Position numbers and translations under genes: made by a program. The notes under the pieces were generated by a model. It saw only the letters and a program-made list of their open reading frames with translations, made no database searches and had not been told where the DNA came from. From the NCBI RefSeq assembly GCF_001194135.2, contig NC_068984.1, positions 34,297,552-34,361,551 of the forward strand: DNA of 64,000 bases, written 5' to 3'. Shown piece by piece: positions 12,448 to 27,024 of this stretch (positions are counted from its first letter, which is position 1; each line of letters starts with the position of its first letter). The stretch is from Octopus bimaculoides. Lineage: Eukaryota.

Positions 12448-13039
12448 AATGAGACAACAAAGCCAAGGCCACGTGAAATTTCTAGGACATTTATAAAGAG
12501 AAAGGTAGTCTTACAACTGTTTCAGGGATATAATGGATATCCCATCATTAAAGGCGATATGAGAGAGTTGAATAGAGGAGAACAGTAGAGTTCAATATTA
12601 GAAGTTATTTTGGAAAGGGAAAGATATAGGAATTATAAAGGGAAATAAGAGAATAAAAAAAAAATAAAGATATATATTAGATGTTACAGTTGCAGTTCCA
12701 TTATCCAAGGGAAGTGCTGTGTTGAATGGGTAGTGAGGCTTCTTGTCCATGGTATGTAAATTCCGATAGGAGTTCATATTTTGTTTTTATAAATGGATAG
12801 TGTAACATCCAACATATATTTTTATTTTTATTTTTTTCTCTTATTTCCCTTCATACTTCCAGTATCTCTCCCTTTTCAAAATAACCTCTAATACTGAACT
12901 CTACTATTTCCCTCTTTTTAACTCATATCGTATCTGGTGATGAGATATCCTTTATATCCCTGCAACAGCTGTAAGACTAAGTTTCTCTTTATAAATGTCC
13001 TAGAAATTTCACAGTGCCTTGACTTTGTTGTCCCGCATT
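12448..13039. mobile_element. Two inverted copies of a dispersed retroelement-like end forming a long fold-back (arms about 240 bp)
   Basis: 12448-12690 is the imperfect reverse complement of 12799-13039 (e.g. AATTTCTAGGACATTTATAAAGAGAAA vs TTTCTCTTTATAAATGTCCTAGAAATT). A third copy of the family lies at about 24185-24515. Confidence 0.75.
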
Positions 13040-13412
13040 AGACTCCTTTCTCATACTATTATCGACCCGGGAGTCTAACTACGGTCCTTCCGTAGCTCTT
13101 ACATAGCCTTAACTGCCATTTTGGGTCTTATGGATACGAAAACCTCTCAAGGTACACTGCGACATAATTTCTTTTCCTCAACAGGCCCTGCCCTGTTTAA
13201 AAGATCCCATCACCTTTAAACGGAGTCTGGACAAATTTCTTCAAGGAATACCAGATAAGCCACTCATACCTGGATACAACTCACTCAACAACAACTTACT
13301 ACTTGAATGGACCATAAACAAAACTGGACTTAAAAAGGATTTAGATAATCCTATCAGGTGGTGCTATTAATTTAGACATGGCCTGAACCAATCTTTGGTC
13401 GAAACGTATCTA
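13040..13412 (+). mobile_element. CR1/L2-group LINE 3' fragment (ORF2 C-terminus and 3' UTR), dead
   Basis: Frames give LRHNFFSSTGPALF and PITFKRSLDKFLQGIPDKPLIPGYNSLNNNLLLEW, matching the typical ORF2 C-terminal pattern of CR1/L2-group LINEs (xRxNxFSxxGPxLFN...FKxxLDxFLxxIPDxP). Frameshifted. Confidence 0.7.
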
Positions 13413-13487
13413 GTATATATTGAGATTTTACGTGTAATTTTGGATTTTTATCCCTAATATTATATATATATATACATACATATACAT

Positions 13488-13804
<317 letters not shown>

Positions 13805-14216
13805 TATGTATGTGTGACTCTGTGTGTGTTTGTGTATGTATGCGCGTGTATGTATGTGTGTATGAGTGAATAGATGGATGCATACACAAACAATATTACG
13901 CATAATCGAGTTTAAAATCTAAGTGTGATATCTTCATCAGCATACTGCTATCCATTTATTTACAATGATCTTAACTTGTCACAAACTTATACCACTGAAA
14001 TATATTTCAACTTATTTTATGTGTAGGAATATTTCCGCAATACTGCCATCGTTAATAGCCATTATGGTGTTTCATAGTTTTCATATTGTTCATTATATAT
14101 GGTTATGTCTCACTTGTTATTAGGTCTTCACTGAAATTTATACGCAGCAGAAGAGTCAATCAATCAATCATTCAATCAATCAATTAATCGATCAATCGCT
14201 ATCTATCTATCCATCC

Positions 14217-14282
<66 letters not shown>

Positions 14283-14348
14283 TTATTTATCTATCTATCT
14301 ATCGATCTATCTATCTATTCATCTATGTATATATATATATATATATAA

Positions 14349-14386
<38 letters not shown>

Positions 14387-14456
14387 CTGTGATTGTGTGA
14401 GTGTGCATATATGTGTGAGAGTCAGTATGTGTATATGCGTATGCGTGTGTGTATGC

Positions 14457-14497
<41 letters not shown>

Positions 14498-15024
14498 TAG
14501 CGTGAAGGATACACACGCACAGATATGTATATGTGTACGTATACATATACGATATGTATGTGTGTGTGTACATAACATTTAATATATAGTACCCTATATC
14601 TTTATGTGTATGTGATATATGTGCACACGCACGCACGCACACACTCACACACACACACACACTTAAATTGCCCATTGTGTCTATATATATCTCTGTGTAT
14701 CTGCCTTTCCTCTCTATCTGAATGTTTAAACATTATAACTTTCTCATTCAATGAAGCCTTCACTGATGTCAAAGCTTAAGACCCTTTCTTTTCATCTTCA
14801 GTAACTCGGTTAAGTATTCTTCTTTGATGGTTAGTGTCTTATCTATTTAACACACACATACAAACACTATGTACGCATTAAATCAAATACACATGCATAT
14901 ATATATATATACCAACATATATCTATACACACTGAAGCTAATACACACTCATATGCGAATCTATATTACGCGTGATTTTATATTCATAAATTTGTCAGTA
15001 TATGTAGATCGTATGTATATATAT

Positions 15025-15068
<44 letters not shown>

Positions 15069-16371
15069 GTAGATATATTGCATAGATACACAAATATACC
15101 TCTCATTCGACAGCTACTACATAATATGCATACGTACATATATACATACATATATACATGCATGCATCCAAACATACATGCATGCCCACACAAACACGCA
15201 CGCACGCACATACATATGTATGTATGTATACATATATATGCGTATATATACTGTATATGTATACACATAGACTCACACGTCTATAAACTGGTATGCATGC
15301 AGGTGTATTATGCGTGCGCCTGTATGTACGTAATCCTCACATACATCTTTGTACATACGTACGCGCGTGTATGTGCGTGCGTGCGCGTGTCTCTGTGTGC
15401 GTGGTGTGTGTGTGTGTGAGTGTGTATGTATGTGTGTGTGTGTGTGTATGTGTGTATGTGTGTGTGTGTGTGTGGATGTGAGTGCATGAGCGCTGGTTTT
15501 ACATCTGAGTATTTGTATTTAAATGTCTTCAATATTTGTTGCGTGAAAGAACATTGGTATGTGTAAAATTTTATAAGTATGTATTTACATATGTGAATGA
15601 GCAACTATGAAAAAAAAAAAAAAAAGTAAATAAGTAAAAGGGTCCAATGACGCCAGCAGTACGAAAATCTAACAGTAAAGTCGTCGGGTTCCATGTCAAT
15701 TCTCTGCACGTTTCGTTGGGGGTAATACTACAATAAAACAAGTCAGCTCTGCAAATTAATTTCGGTTGCTATAATGTAGATAATTTGTTTGACTTAATGA
15801 AATAAATCTCAATAGGAAACAACATATATGACGCATATATATTATCGTCACCCCATCCCTCTAAATTCATCAGGTCTTAATCACTAATTAATGTCTAACA
15901 GCAGTCATTGCCACAGACATAAGTGAACAATTGGAGATTGATTAGCGATGTTTGTAGACGGCGGGAATTGAAGACATTTCATTGGAAAGTTATAAACAAC
16001 TGGGCGCCGAGCCAAATATATCTTTTACAGGAAACACAAAGAGGATGAGAGTTTACCCGAATCTTTTGAAAACCTAAAAACTTTATCTCAAAATAATTAA
16101 ACATAACTACATCACCTTTTATCCAATAGAGACCGTGTCAAAAATTACTTGCACTGGACATATATTATTTCTGGTAAGAAGATTGTAGTTCACAAATTAC
16201 TTATTCGATGCTCTACTGTTTGTTTATATTTTCCTACTCCTCTCTTCCTCACTTACACATACATATTTTCATCTATTCGCAAATATACACCTAATCAGTC
16301 TCCCCCTTTCTCTATACATTCTCACTTTATATACATATAATACATATATACATGTGTTTGTATAATATACT

Positions 16372-16441
<70 letters not shown>

Positions 16442-17066
16442 ATGTATATATATATATACATGCATATATAGTTCACAGATGCTTACTATTGTAAGGCAAT
16501 TGCGCAATTGAATAATATGTATGAGTGGAGGTAAACAACAGTTTATCCAAAATTTATAAGGCAAAGAAGAAAATGGAGAAGATAATTAGTTGACAAACAT
16601 CAGCATACACACATCGATTAGATCTATTTATTAATTGCAACCATATGGATAAATAAATAAATAAGAATAAATGAGTGAATAAAACTTTACTCTTATAGCT
16701 GTTTCTACTTAGGGTGTCCAGCATGCCAAAGTTGATAAATCATACCAATATTATGCAGACATTGTACAAAGGTTGAACAAAAATTGGACAGAAGTTGGAA
16801 AATAAGGGTATATCAAGGTATATTTCAGATCTTAATTGGACTTATAACACCTTTATCACCCCCTTTAATTCTCTCTCTCGTTTTCACTCTGTATAAGTTG
16901 GACCTATTAATATAAATATAAAGTCTACACATTTTACTTTCCCTCGTTTTGCATCTATAGCTATTTTGTATTTAGCACCCAAACTACTACATTTATTATA
17001 ATTAATATATTTAATGTATCTAATTTGCTTATCCGTATAATTTCCTCTCTCTCTCCCCCTCCCCCC

Positions 17067-17111
<45 letters not shown>

Positions 17112-18170
17112 CATTTACACATATATGCATACATATGCACACACGCACGTATAATTTTAATCAACAAAGGAAACAATCAATATATTGAATATTGGTAAGT
17201 TATAGAGTTTTATAAGTATACCCGTGTCAGCTCACATTACTGGTAGTTCCAACGCCACTTAATGCACTACAAGGTAGCTAAAGTGATTTTCATCAGACTT
17301 ATCTCTGCTTCATTTGATATATCAATTACCTTGGTTACAAAAGAAGTATCCCATACACCACTTCTGTTACGAATATTCTGAGGTGACTCTAAATATGATG
17401 CATGGTAGGTTAATTGTAGATGAAACCAAATAACAATTCTGTCTTTTGATACTTGATTTGTTGAAATAAATATTTTTGAAACTACAGATAATTGTTGATG
17501 ATGTGTGATTTTTATTATAGTGTTTTATAGTAAAGTTTCATCGCAAAAAAAAAAAAAGAACGGGAAATAATGGTAACAACGAAAAATGATATCAAAGACA
17601 GATCAAAGAAAAATTAGATGATCAAAGGAAAAGAATAAGTAAGTATCTTTCGCTATAATTATTAAATTGAAGTTCTGAAGCTCTCCACACTATGTCCAGA
17701 TCTACTGAATACATAGTCTCATTTAAGGCGATCGCAAGTAGTTTCTTAAAACAGAGTTAGACTTAAAAGGAAAGTTATGCGAATTCCTGTTAAATTCTAT
17801 TTCCGAAGGTTCTTAGGATGTTGTTCAGGTTACAGAAAGTTGGAGTTTAGAGCTCGAAAGCGGAGTTATCTCAGGTGCTACACTAAACTCTGTCGTTCAC
17901 TGTCCTAAATGGTATCCCCACTTTCTTGCATTTGTGCTGCATAACATTCTTGATGTATCATGTTCTGCAAAAGGTAGACACCTTAAATTGTAAAGATGAC
18001 ATATGTATCAATTGTATCCATGCAAATATATTTCCATATAATGATTTGCATAATTCTATTTATAATAATTATGTACACTTAACCGTATTTACTAAAACAA
18101 TTCTATCACAGATAGTACAAATCTGTAGATATCTCTTACGCGATAGCACGTATGTTTTTCAGTACGATTA

Positions 18171-18900
18171 AATCATATGCAGTTGTCCGAAAATGTCATC
18201 ACAGTTTTATCTACCGAGGAGACATGACGTTGTAGCTAGGACACTCTATAATGAGATCTGTCCGAAGGATAATCCCGAGGACAAAGAAATTTAAAAAAAA
18301 CACTATATGGTAGAAGTCATAGCCACTCATAATGAAAAGGAATACTGGTGGAATGTACCAGTGAAGGCCTCAATAAAATGCAAGCACAACAGACCTAATA
18401 TAATGATTTGGGATAGAGAAGAGAAACTGTGGATGTTAACACAAAGCTGAAAATCATTGAAAATGGAACACCTATGCTGAACTATTGAGAAATCTGCAGT
18501 TACTGTATCCAGATTATAAGTTCAGGTTTATACCTGTAATTATTGGAACACTTGGATATTTAACACACTGCCTAAATACCAATGTTGAGAAATTAGGCTT
18601 CTCAGAACTAGAAAGGAGAAAGCTAATTCGAATACTACAGCTCCAATCCGTCTCTGGAACTGAAATATCTTTAAAACTTTCCAGACGTTTATCATCTAAA
18701 TATGTATGAGCATGCCTAGATATACAACTATATGCATGAGTATACATACATAAAGCATACAAATCTGTACATACATACATACAAACATACAAACAAAAGT
18801 ACCCTGTTGCTGATGTTGAAATTCCAATGAAGGAGCCTTGGATTTAAATTAGAAACTGATTCTTTCTCCATTGCAAGAAATCTTGAAATAAAACTGAACA
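18171..18900 (+). mobile_element. R4/Dong-like RLE-type non-LTR retrotransposon 3' fragment, dead
   Basis: Translates SCPKMSSQFYLPRRHDVVARTLYNEIC...EYWWNVPVKASIKCKHNRPNIMIWDREEKL...LRNLQLLYPDYKFRFIPVIIGTLG. This gives the CCHC-finger tail, RHD motif, HNRPD-like restriction-like endonuclease motif (D to N here) and the IPVIIGxLG motif. It has an internal stop and a deletion, and the 3' UTR contains (ATAC)n. Confidence 0.85.
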
Positions 18901-18914
18901 ATGACAAACATGCA

Positions 18915-19195
18915 TACATACTCTGTGGCTAGAGAGCTGGTCTCACAATCATGGGATTGTGAATTTGATTCCCGGACCTGGCTGTGCGTTGTGTTTTTAA
19001 GCAAGGCACTTTATTTCATGCTGCACCAGTTCACTCAGCTGTAGAAATGAGTCGCGATATCACTGGTGTCAAGCTGTGTATGCCTTTACCTTTTCCCCCG
19101 GATAACAGCGGTGGCGCGGAGAGGAGAGTTTGGTATACATGGGCGACTTCTGGTCTTATATAAATTGTCCGGACTTGTGCCTCGGAGCGTAATAG
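18915..19195 (+). mobile_element. Degenerate tRNA-derived SINE with a CORE/Meta-like central domain
   Basis: Head TGTGGCTAGAGAGCTGGTCTCACAATCATGGGATTGTGAATTTGATTCCCGG followed by GCGTTGTGTTTTTAAGCAAGGCACTTTATTTC...CACTCAGCTGTAGAAATGAGT, resembling conserved SINE central domains. Confidence 0.6.
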
Positions 19196-19609
19196 CATAG
19201 TTTATACACACACATACGCGCGAGCGCGAGCTCACACACACACACGCAAGGTAAATTTCCAAAATTGGCTAATAGGGACATACAATCCTAGCGAGTACCG
19301 TGTTCGCTTTTACCGGTTAACAATGGTGTTGGCTAACCTCAGCGAATGTAGACGAACTCTTGTTAGTTTACTTTACTTTACTCGGTAAATCCTCTGTTCA
19401 GAAGGTATCTGAAATGTAGTTGAATTTTACCCTGTTGAAGCAGCACCAGTAATTAACACCAAAATGCACATCAAGACGCTTAATTTGCAGTATGCACTGG
19501 GTTGCCGCAAAAACACGTATAGGTACTGACATGGAAAGATGTGATTAACGGTATAATAAAACCTGGATATGTAAATATCTGTTCTCCTAATTTTTATTAA
19601 TCTATATAT

Positions 19610-19927
19610 TCTTTTATTCTTTTCTCTAATTTCTATATTTGTTTCAGTGGTTTGACTGTGGCTGTGCTGGAGAACCGCCTTCAGTCGGACAGATCGAACC
19701 CTAATAATTATTCTAACGGTATCTCTTGCCGAACTGCTAACTTACGGAGACGTAAACACACCAACATCAGCTATCAAGCGATGATGGGAGGACAAACTCA
19801 GACACTACACATATATATATATATATAGACGAAGGGATTCTTCCAGTCTCTATTCGAAGTTACCACGCAGTGGAAGTGAACCCGGAGCCATGTGGTTAGG
19901 AAGCAAGCTTCTTACCTCACAGCCGCG
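19610..19927 (-). mobile_element. Composite tRNA-derived SINE, internally deleted, inverted
   Basis: Reverse complement of the head (GAACCCGGAGCCATGTGGTTAGGAAGCAAGCTTCTTACC) and tail (TTTGTTTCAGTGGTTTGACTGTGGCTGTGCTGGAGAACCGCC) of the 10828-11311 family. Confidence 0.75.
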
Positions 19928-20247
19928 AAATATATATATATATATATCATACGCGCCTTTTCTGTAAAGGACCCAGGATTACTTTGTATGTTTAAATGGT
20001 TGGGTGTGAATTAACGAATATTTTGTTGATATTTCTATCTGGTTATGAATGAATTTATAATTGTTCTACTCGCTCGAGTATGACATTGATATAAGCAAAA
20101 GAAACGATCAATTATTAGCTACAGACGGTTGAACAGCAAATTAAAGGAATCATATACACATAGATCTTTCGGAACCAGACATAATCCTGTGTTACCAAGA
20201 TGTATCTGCTAAATTTCTTTGTTCGTATATCTCGTTTGTGTGTGTGT

Positions 20248-20288
<41 letters not shown>

Positions 20289-21562
20289 GCGTGCGTGCGT
20301 GTGCGTGTCTGAGTGCGTGTATGCGAGTATTTTCATCAATATATAGACGCATGATGCCTAGATGAGTGTTAGTGTGTTTGTGTGTGTGAGTGTGTATGTA
20401 TGTATGTATGTATGTATGTATGTATGTATGCATGCATACATGTAAGCAGAACTTTGAACACTTGTTTTATGTGCGTCGTTATTGTCTTTCAGCAACATTT
20501 TGCCACGGCAGAAAATTCGCAGACAAAAAAATTCAAATGAAATATTTAATTATGAATAAGATGTATACCTGTTGTATTCTATATGCATACTATATGTTTA
20601 TATGTTATAGTACACACCAACGCACATGATCACACATATGCACGCGCGCAAGCACGTACACGCGTATATACACACGTAAAACAATCGCCCAAGGTGCTGC
20701 GCTGTGGGACCAAATCCGGAACCGTGATGAAGCGAGTGGTTTCCAGTGTGAGAGAGTATGAGGCAGGGTAAAAGAGTAAGAGAGTGAAGGAATGACAGAA
20801 AGTGTCAACTGGAAATCTGTTGCTGTTTAGCTCCGAGCATTATATGATGTATACATACTGCAGTACAGACAGCCGTCACTCACAAGCGTGTATAGCTGTA
20901 GGTGCCTCTGTAGACTCGAGCCTAGAGACACCCTCTCGGCTGACTCACCCTTAACACAGCGGCACATCACTAATGTCGTAGAAAGAAGAAAAAAGGACTG
21001 CATTAGCAATAGGACATGAGATGCCTCGCTCAAGGACAGAATGCACTACTTGTTCCAAGAAAAAATCCCAAGACCCAATGATTATAAGCTGAATACCCTT
21101 GTCATAAGGCCATGAGACTTCACAGGACCCGCAAGCACACGCACGTACAGACGCGCGCGCATATATGTAAATTTGTATCTACGTATTTCTATAGGAAGAA
21201 GCGTGAGAAAGAGAGACGAATGAGCTTGGAAGAAACAGAATTCTATTGTGTTAGTGTTGGCTTTGCTGTATAATTTCAGTTCATTTCTGATAGGGCAATA
21301 ACATTTCAGCTAAAACTACTGAATTTTTTTTTTTTTAATGTATCTCTTGAACTACATTTTCCAGAGTACTCTTCGTCTTTTGCTAGAGTAGGATGTGATT
21401 TGATGTAGATTTGGCTATTACTTTTAGCAAAACAAACGATGACATAACGAGCCATCAGTAGTTGGAGCAAAAGTAAACGATATTTTGATATATCAGAGAT
21501 AAAGTTTGATAAAATGGATTTCAGTTGTGACCATGGTATGTATGTATGTATGTATGTATGTA

Positions 21563-21622
<60 letters not shown>

Positions 21623-22797
21623 CGTGCGTGTGTGTGTGTGCGTGCGTGCGTGCGTGTATGCAAGGGAATATTTGCCTATGATGCAGTGTTGCCGTAGATT
21701 CGAACCTGGAACCGTGGCAAAGCGACCTATTTTTATGTGTGACAATTTGTTTCACGCACATTAAGATCAACATTTTTATATTAAGAGGAGACTAAAATGT
21801 GATTTGAGGTCAATTTAGCAGTTATTTCTTGTACATCGAGTGACTTTCGCTTGCTCGGGAATGAATTTTTTTTTTCTCTGGCATCCTTGATCAATTATCT
21901 TCAAGAAAACTGAAACCAGCTATTAACATGTACCACAAATACATACACATACACACACATACACACACACACATACATACATACATACATACATACATAC
22001 ACATGCTTACATATATAGATGCATGTGTACATACATACACATATACATATGTGCTTTAGTGTATGTATGTGATTGATAGTGTGTGTGTATGCGTGTGCAC
22101 GCGCATAGGTGAGTGAGTGTTTCTGTGTGTGTATGTGTATGTATGCAAACAACTATGTGGTTATAAATACACAAAAACACACACACATACACACACAGGG
22201 ACACATACAAACACTAATCTAGAATAATTCTTCTGTGGATACATATGGAAAATTCAATAAAACAAAGTATCAACTGTCAACACAAATGTGAATTGAAGAC
22301 GGTAAACTAATAAGAAACCGGTGGAAACGTTACAAGAACAACAATAGAAAATGAAAATATAAAGAATATCAACAAACAGAGACATTCAATAATCAACTGA
22401 ACAAACAACATAAATTCTATTAGCAAGATAATAGTTTCCAAAATGTAATTAANNNNNNNNNNNNNNNNNNNNNNNNNNNNNNNNNNNNNNNNNNNNNNNN
22501 NNNNNNNNNNNNNNNNNNNNNNNNNNNNNNNNNNNNNNNNNNNNNNNNNNNNNNNNNNNNNNNNNNNNNNNNNNNNNNNNNNNNNNNNNNNNNNNNNNNN
22601 NNNNNNNNNNNNNNNNNNNNNNNNNNNNNNNNNNNNNNNNNNNNNNNNNNNNNNNNNNNNNNNNNNNNNNNNNNNNNNNNNNNNNNNNNNNNNNNNTACA
22701 TATTCATATATATATAAACATATACATACATGCAAACACGTTAACCTCCCTGTATACATACCTTGACATATATATATATATATGTATATATAGATGT

Positions 22798-22845
<48 letters not shown>

Positions 22846-23608
22846 TCTCATACATATGCATTTACACACATCAGCAAGCACGCACTCAAATATATATAAA
22901 AATATGCATGCACAAACATATATAAATATATCGGTAGATACTATGTCCTTATAAAGACATTTGGATTTACCTAATATAGTAAATTCAACTGACGTTCATA
23001 TACAATCACTAAAGTTAGTCAATATTGTTAACCGATAAGAGCGAGCATGGTACACGCTAGGATTATATATCCCTCTAAACACATTCTAGAAATTTATTGT
23101 ATGTGTGAGTGTGCGTGCGTGCTTGCGCGCGCGCGTACACATACTATATAAATACACGAATACTCTCAGGCATACAGAGACATTCAAGATATTTTATACG
23201 TCACCACTGATGTTCACTGATGTCATTTGGGGTTTAGGATCATTCAGCAATTAGTTATCCTCACCTAAATGGCTCCGCCTATGATTAACTCCCAGCTTGC
23301 ATTTAGTTAGCACTACACTATGTTGTACTACTCCCATTCAAAAGCAACCGTATTGAAGAAACCGTTTGCAGAACGTGTACCCATGCAAAACAGCCACCAT
23401 GCTGAAGGCTCTACAAAGCATTGGCCAGCAAAAGCATGGTATTCCGTCCTAATGGAATCACATCTTGCTCACCCCACATTATTTCGTTATCACCAAATTT
23501 AGTGTATTTACATACTTACGCAGATTCGAACGCACATGTACGTATCTATACGTATATATGAGAGAGTGCATGTGTGTGTGTGTGTGTGTGTATCGTCATT
23601 ACATATAC

Positions 23609-23677
<69 letters not shown>

Positions 23678-24184
23678 CGATACTGTGAAAATAATAAGGG
23701 TAGAAAATTGAGAAAAACATTCATACCGGCGGCTAGCATGCGTAATAAAGTCAATAGACAACATAGATTTGATATATAATAGTGTACAAACTGTTAATTA
23801 TTTATACACGAAAGAGGTGACTTTTGACAGGACACCTTACATGCTAGAAAGGGCAGTCAAAACTCAGACCACTCATAAAAGCGATTTGAAAGGAATGAAA
23901 ATAAAAAAAATATTTTTCTAGTTCACCTCAAACTCGACTTTCAATATTAATGAGCAAATAAATTAATATTTTTTGTATTTTCTTTTTTTACTATCTTTAT
24001 TCCCCTCATTTTCTCTTCCTGTCTTCATTTTGACTCATCTCCTCATTCTAATCATACCCCCCCCACACACACACACCATATATCCACAAATACTACCAAT
24101 ACATTCTCAAATTTTCATTCACACCACAAAACTTCTTCGAATGTGCAACACACAATCCTCGGCTACATACTTAGAAATGACTAA

Positions 24185-24515
24185 ACATGAACTACTATTG
24201 GAACTTACATACCATCTTTAGGAAACTTTTTACCACTTCTATAAACCAGATTACTCGAATTATGGAACCGCAACTACAATGCTTTATATTTTATTTCAAC
24301 TTTCATTCTTTTATTTCCCCTCCATATTCTCTATCTCCTTTCCCACAATAATTTCTCATTTCGAATTTCAAACATTTACCTCTATTTAACCATCTCTATA
24401 ATGAAGATATATCCATAATATCCCCTAAACAGCTGTAAGATTATATCTATATCTCTTTCCTTATAAATGTCATGAAAACTCCTCACAGCCTTGGCTTTGT
24501 TATCGCTATTGTCTA
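24185..24515 (+). mobile_element. Third copy of the 12448-13039 repeat family
   Basis: Shares AAACATGAACTACTATTGGAACTTACATACCAT, TGGAACCGCAACT, AACAGCTGTAAGA, TTATAAATGTC and CCTTGGCTTTGTT blocks with the 12.4-13.0 kb arms. Confidence 0.7.
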
Positions 24516-24542
24516 ATATATAATATAATATAATATAATATA

Positions 24543-24585
<43 letters not shown>

Positions 24586-25115
24586 NNNNNNNNNNNNNNN
24601 NNNNNNNNNNNNNNNNNNNNNNNNNNNNNNNNNNNNNNNNNNNNNNNNNNNNNNNNNNNNNNNNNNNNNNNNNNNNNNNNNNNNNNNNNNNNNNNNNNNN
24701 NNNNNNNNNNNNNNNNNNNNNNNNNNNNNNNNNNNNNNNNNNNNNNNNNNNNNNNNNNNNNNNNNNNNNNNNNNNNNNNNNNNNNNNNNNNNNNNNNNNN
24801 NNNNNNNNNNNNNNNNNNNNNNNNNNNNNNNNNNNNNNNNNNNNNNNNNNNNNNNNNNNNNNNNNNNNNNNNNNNNNNNNNNNNNNNNNNNNNNNNNNNN
24901 NNNNNNNNNNNNNNNNNNNNNNNNNNNNNNNNNNNNNNNNNNNNNNNNNNNNNNNNNNNNNNNNNNNNNNNNNNNNNNNNNNNNNNNNNNNNNNNNNNNN
25001 NNNNNNNNNNNNNNNNNNNNNNNNNNNNNNNNNNNNNNNNNNNNNNNNNNNNNNNNNNNNNNNNNNNNNNNNNNNNNNNNNNNNNNNNNNNNNNNNNNNN
25101 NTATATATATATACA

Positions 25116-25146
<31 letters not shown>

Positions 25147-25220
25147 GTATGTATGTATGCATGTATTCAACTGTGTTTAATCCAATAAAGAAAAAGCTCT
25201 GAATATGTGTCGAGAATAAA

Positions 25221-25437
25221 GCGCCGAGCTGGCAGAATGTCTAGGACGGCTGCGAAAGTAATTAGCGGCACTCTGTCTATGTCTTTACGTTCCGAGTCCA
25301 AATCTCACCGTTGTCGACTTTGCCTTTCATCGTTTCGGGTTCGATAAAATAAAGAGCAGCTGAGCACTGGTGTCAATGCAATCGATTTATTTCCTTTCAC
25401 AAAATTACTGGTCTTGTGCCAAAATTTGAAGCCAATA
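25221..25437 (+). mobile_element. tRNA-derived SINE (second family), diverged
   Basis: GAGCTGGCAGAATG...GAGTCCAAATCTC...GTCGACTTTGCCTTTCATC...GGTCTTGTGCCAAAATTTGAA, collinear with 35518-35728. Confidence 0.75.
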
Positions 25438-26055
25438 TGCATTGAGAATATTTTATTTAGATAAATCTGATGACGAAATTTAACGAGGTTGAAATTACAA
25501 GATATCAGCTTCTAAATTTGTATGTTCTCTCAAAGGAAAAAAAAAAGACAAAACATTGTTTTAGGACAAATATAAAGCCATTGGATGTTATTCATTGTAT
25601 TACAAACTGAATCCCATAATTTTAATGTTTCATTGATAAAATTTCTTTGCTGAAGTTCATTTACAAAACAGGAAAGAAATCTATGAAATAATTACATCCA
25701 CAGTAAATTTTTCGTTAAACTTTTCTTTTTACTGAATGTGTAATCCAGTAAAGAACCGACATAGAGAGTTAGAAATAAATAAGTGTAATGAATTATATAC
25801 AACTGACGGTTAGTATAAACATTGACATAATGTGAGTCATTTCGAGTGTCATGAGTATTTTCATCAATGCTTTAAGCCATTGGCAAAAGCTGTAAATAGC
25901 CAGTCAGTCATTGACCGGCAGGTAAACATCTTCTCGTACATTGACTCATTTCCATCGTGAAATTAACGATTTCTTTCAACTTTGCTATTGGATGAAATTT
26001 ATTGGGAGCCGAGATAATGTCCCATGAATCGAAGACACTAGTTATTTACTCGATC

Positions 26056-26110
<55 letters not shown>

Positions 26111-26117
26111 AAGAGAA

Positions 26118-26159
<42 letters not shown>

Positions 26160-26492
26160 TAAATCAGCGACAAATGCTTCGTGTAGAGACTTGCTAGAAT
26201 GTAACGTGTGACATACAATTTAACTTCGTACTTCAAAATCTTATTTTCTGTTGGAGAAACAGTGTCGTTTAGGAACATTGAATATTTTAATTTTCAGGTG
26301 CAACTACGTTTCCTATGTTGCTAATTCACTTGGAAAGGTATGGAGGCCACTAACTTTCATCTCATTTGTACATATGCGAAGTTACATTCACCACCACTAT
26401 CACCACTATCATCATTGTCACCAATGCTGTCATCATTTGCTATTGTAATCTTACACCACTACCACCACCACCAATAACGATCTCATAATTAT

Positions 26493-26539
<47 letters not shown>

Positions 26540-26909
26540 GCTACTACTACTACTGGTGCTGCTACTACTTAGTAATATCCATTTTGCCCGGCAGAAATTA
26601 CACGCTGAAATTCATTTCTCCAATTCAAGTTTCAGCAATGCTGCAAATTTAACTCGCATCTCTCATATCGATTTCTCTATTGGGGTCATTGGATAGCTAA
26701 ATTTTCCTTCTTCAAAATTGAATTATCCAGAAATATAGTTAATCAGTTGAAGTTAAAACCTATAAGTCATTTATTCTCGTTGCAAACAGAATATTATATA
26801 TTCTTCGTTTGCAAATAGACGAAACTACGTGACTTTAATATGACGCTAAATCTTAATTTCATTTCTCCACTCATTTCTTTTTGCTTATTTTCTTATTGGT
26901 ATTGATACT

Positions 26910-26910
26910 A

Positions 26911-26941
<31 letters not shown>

Positions 26942-26942
26942 G

Positions 26943-27024
<82 letters not shown>
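26910..27024. repeat. (CAT)n microsatellite
   Basis: Tandem CAT units; source of the poly-H and poly-D ORFs. Confidence 0.95.

Noticed and set aside
13372-13412. GAAACGTA motif at the LINE 3' end as a hammerhead
   Set aside because: No CUGANGA upstream; better explained as the LINE terminal stem-loop.
20949-20969. 21-nt minus-strand microexon candidate (MCRCVK)
   Set aside because: Splice-like signals of this quality are frequent by chance here and no flanking gene is evident.
26800-26835. CAAATA-GAC-GAAAC motif resembling the Schistosoma hammerhead loop II
   Set aside because: No CUGANGA upstream and no NUH or stem I downstream.
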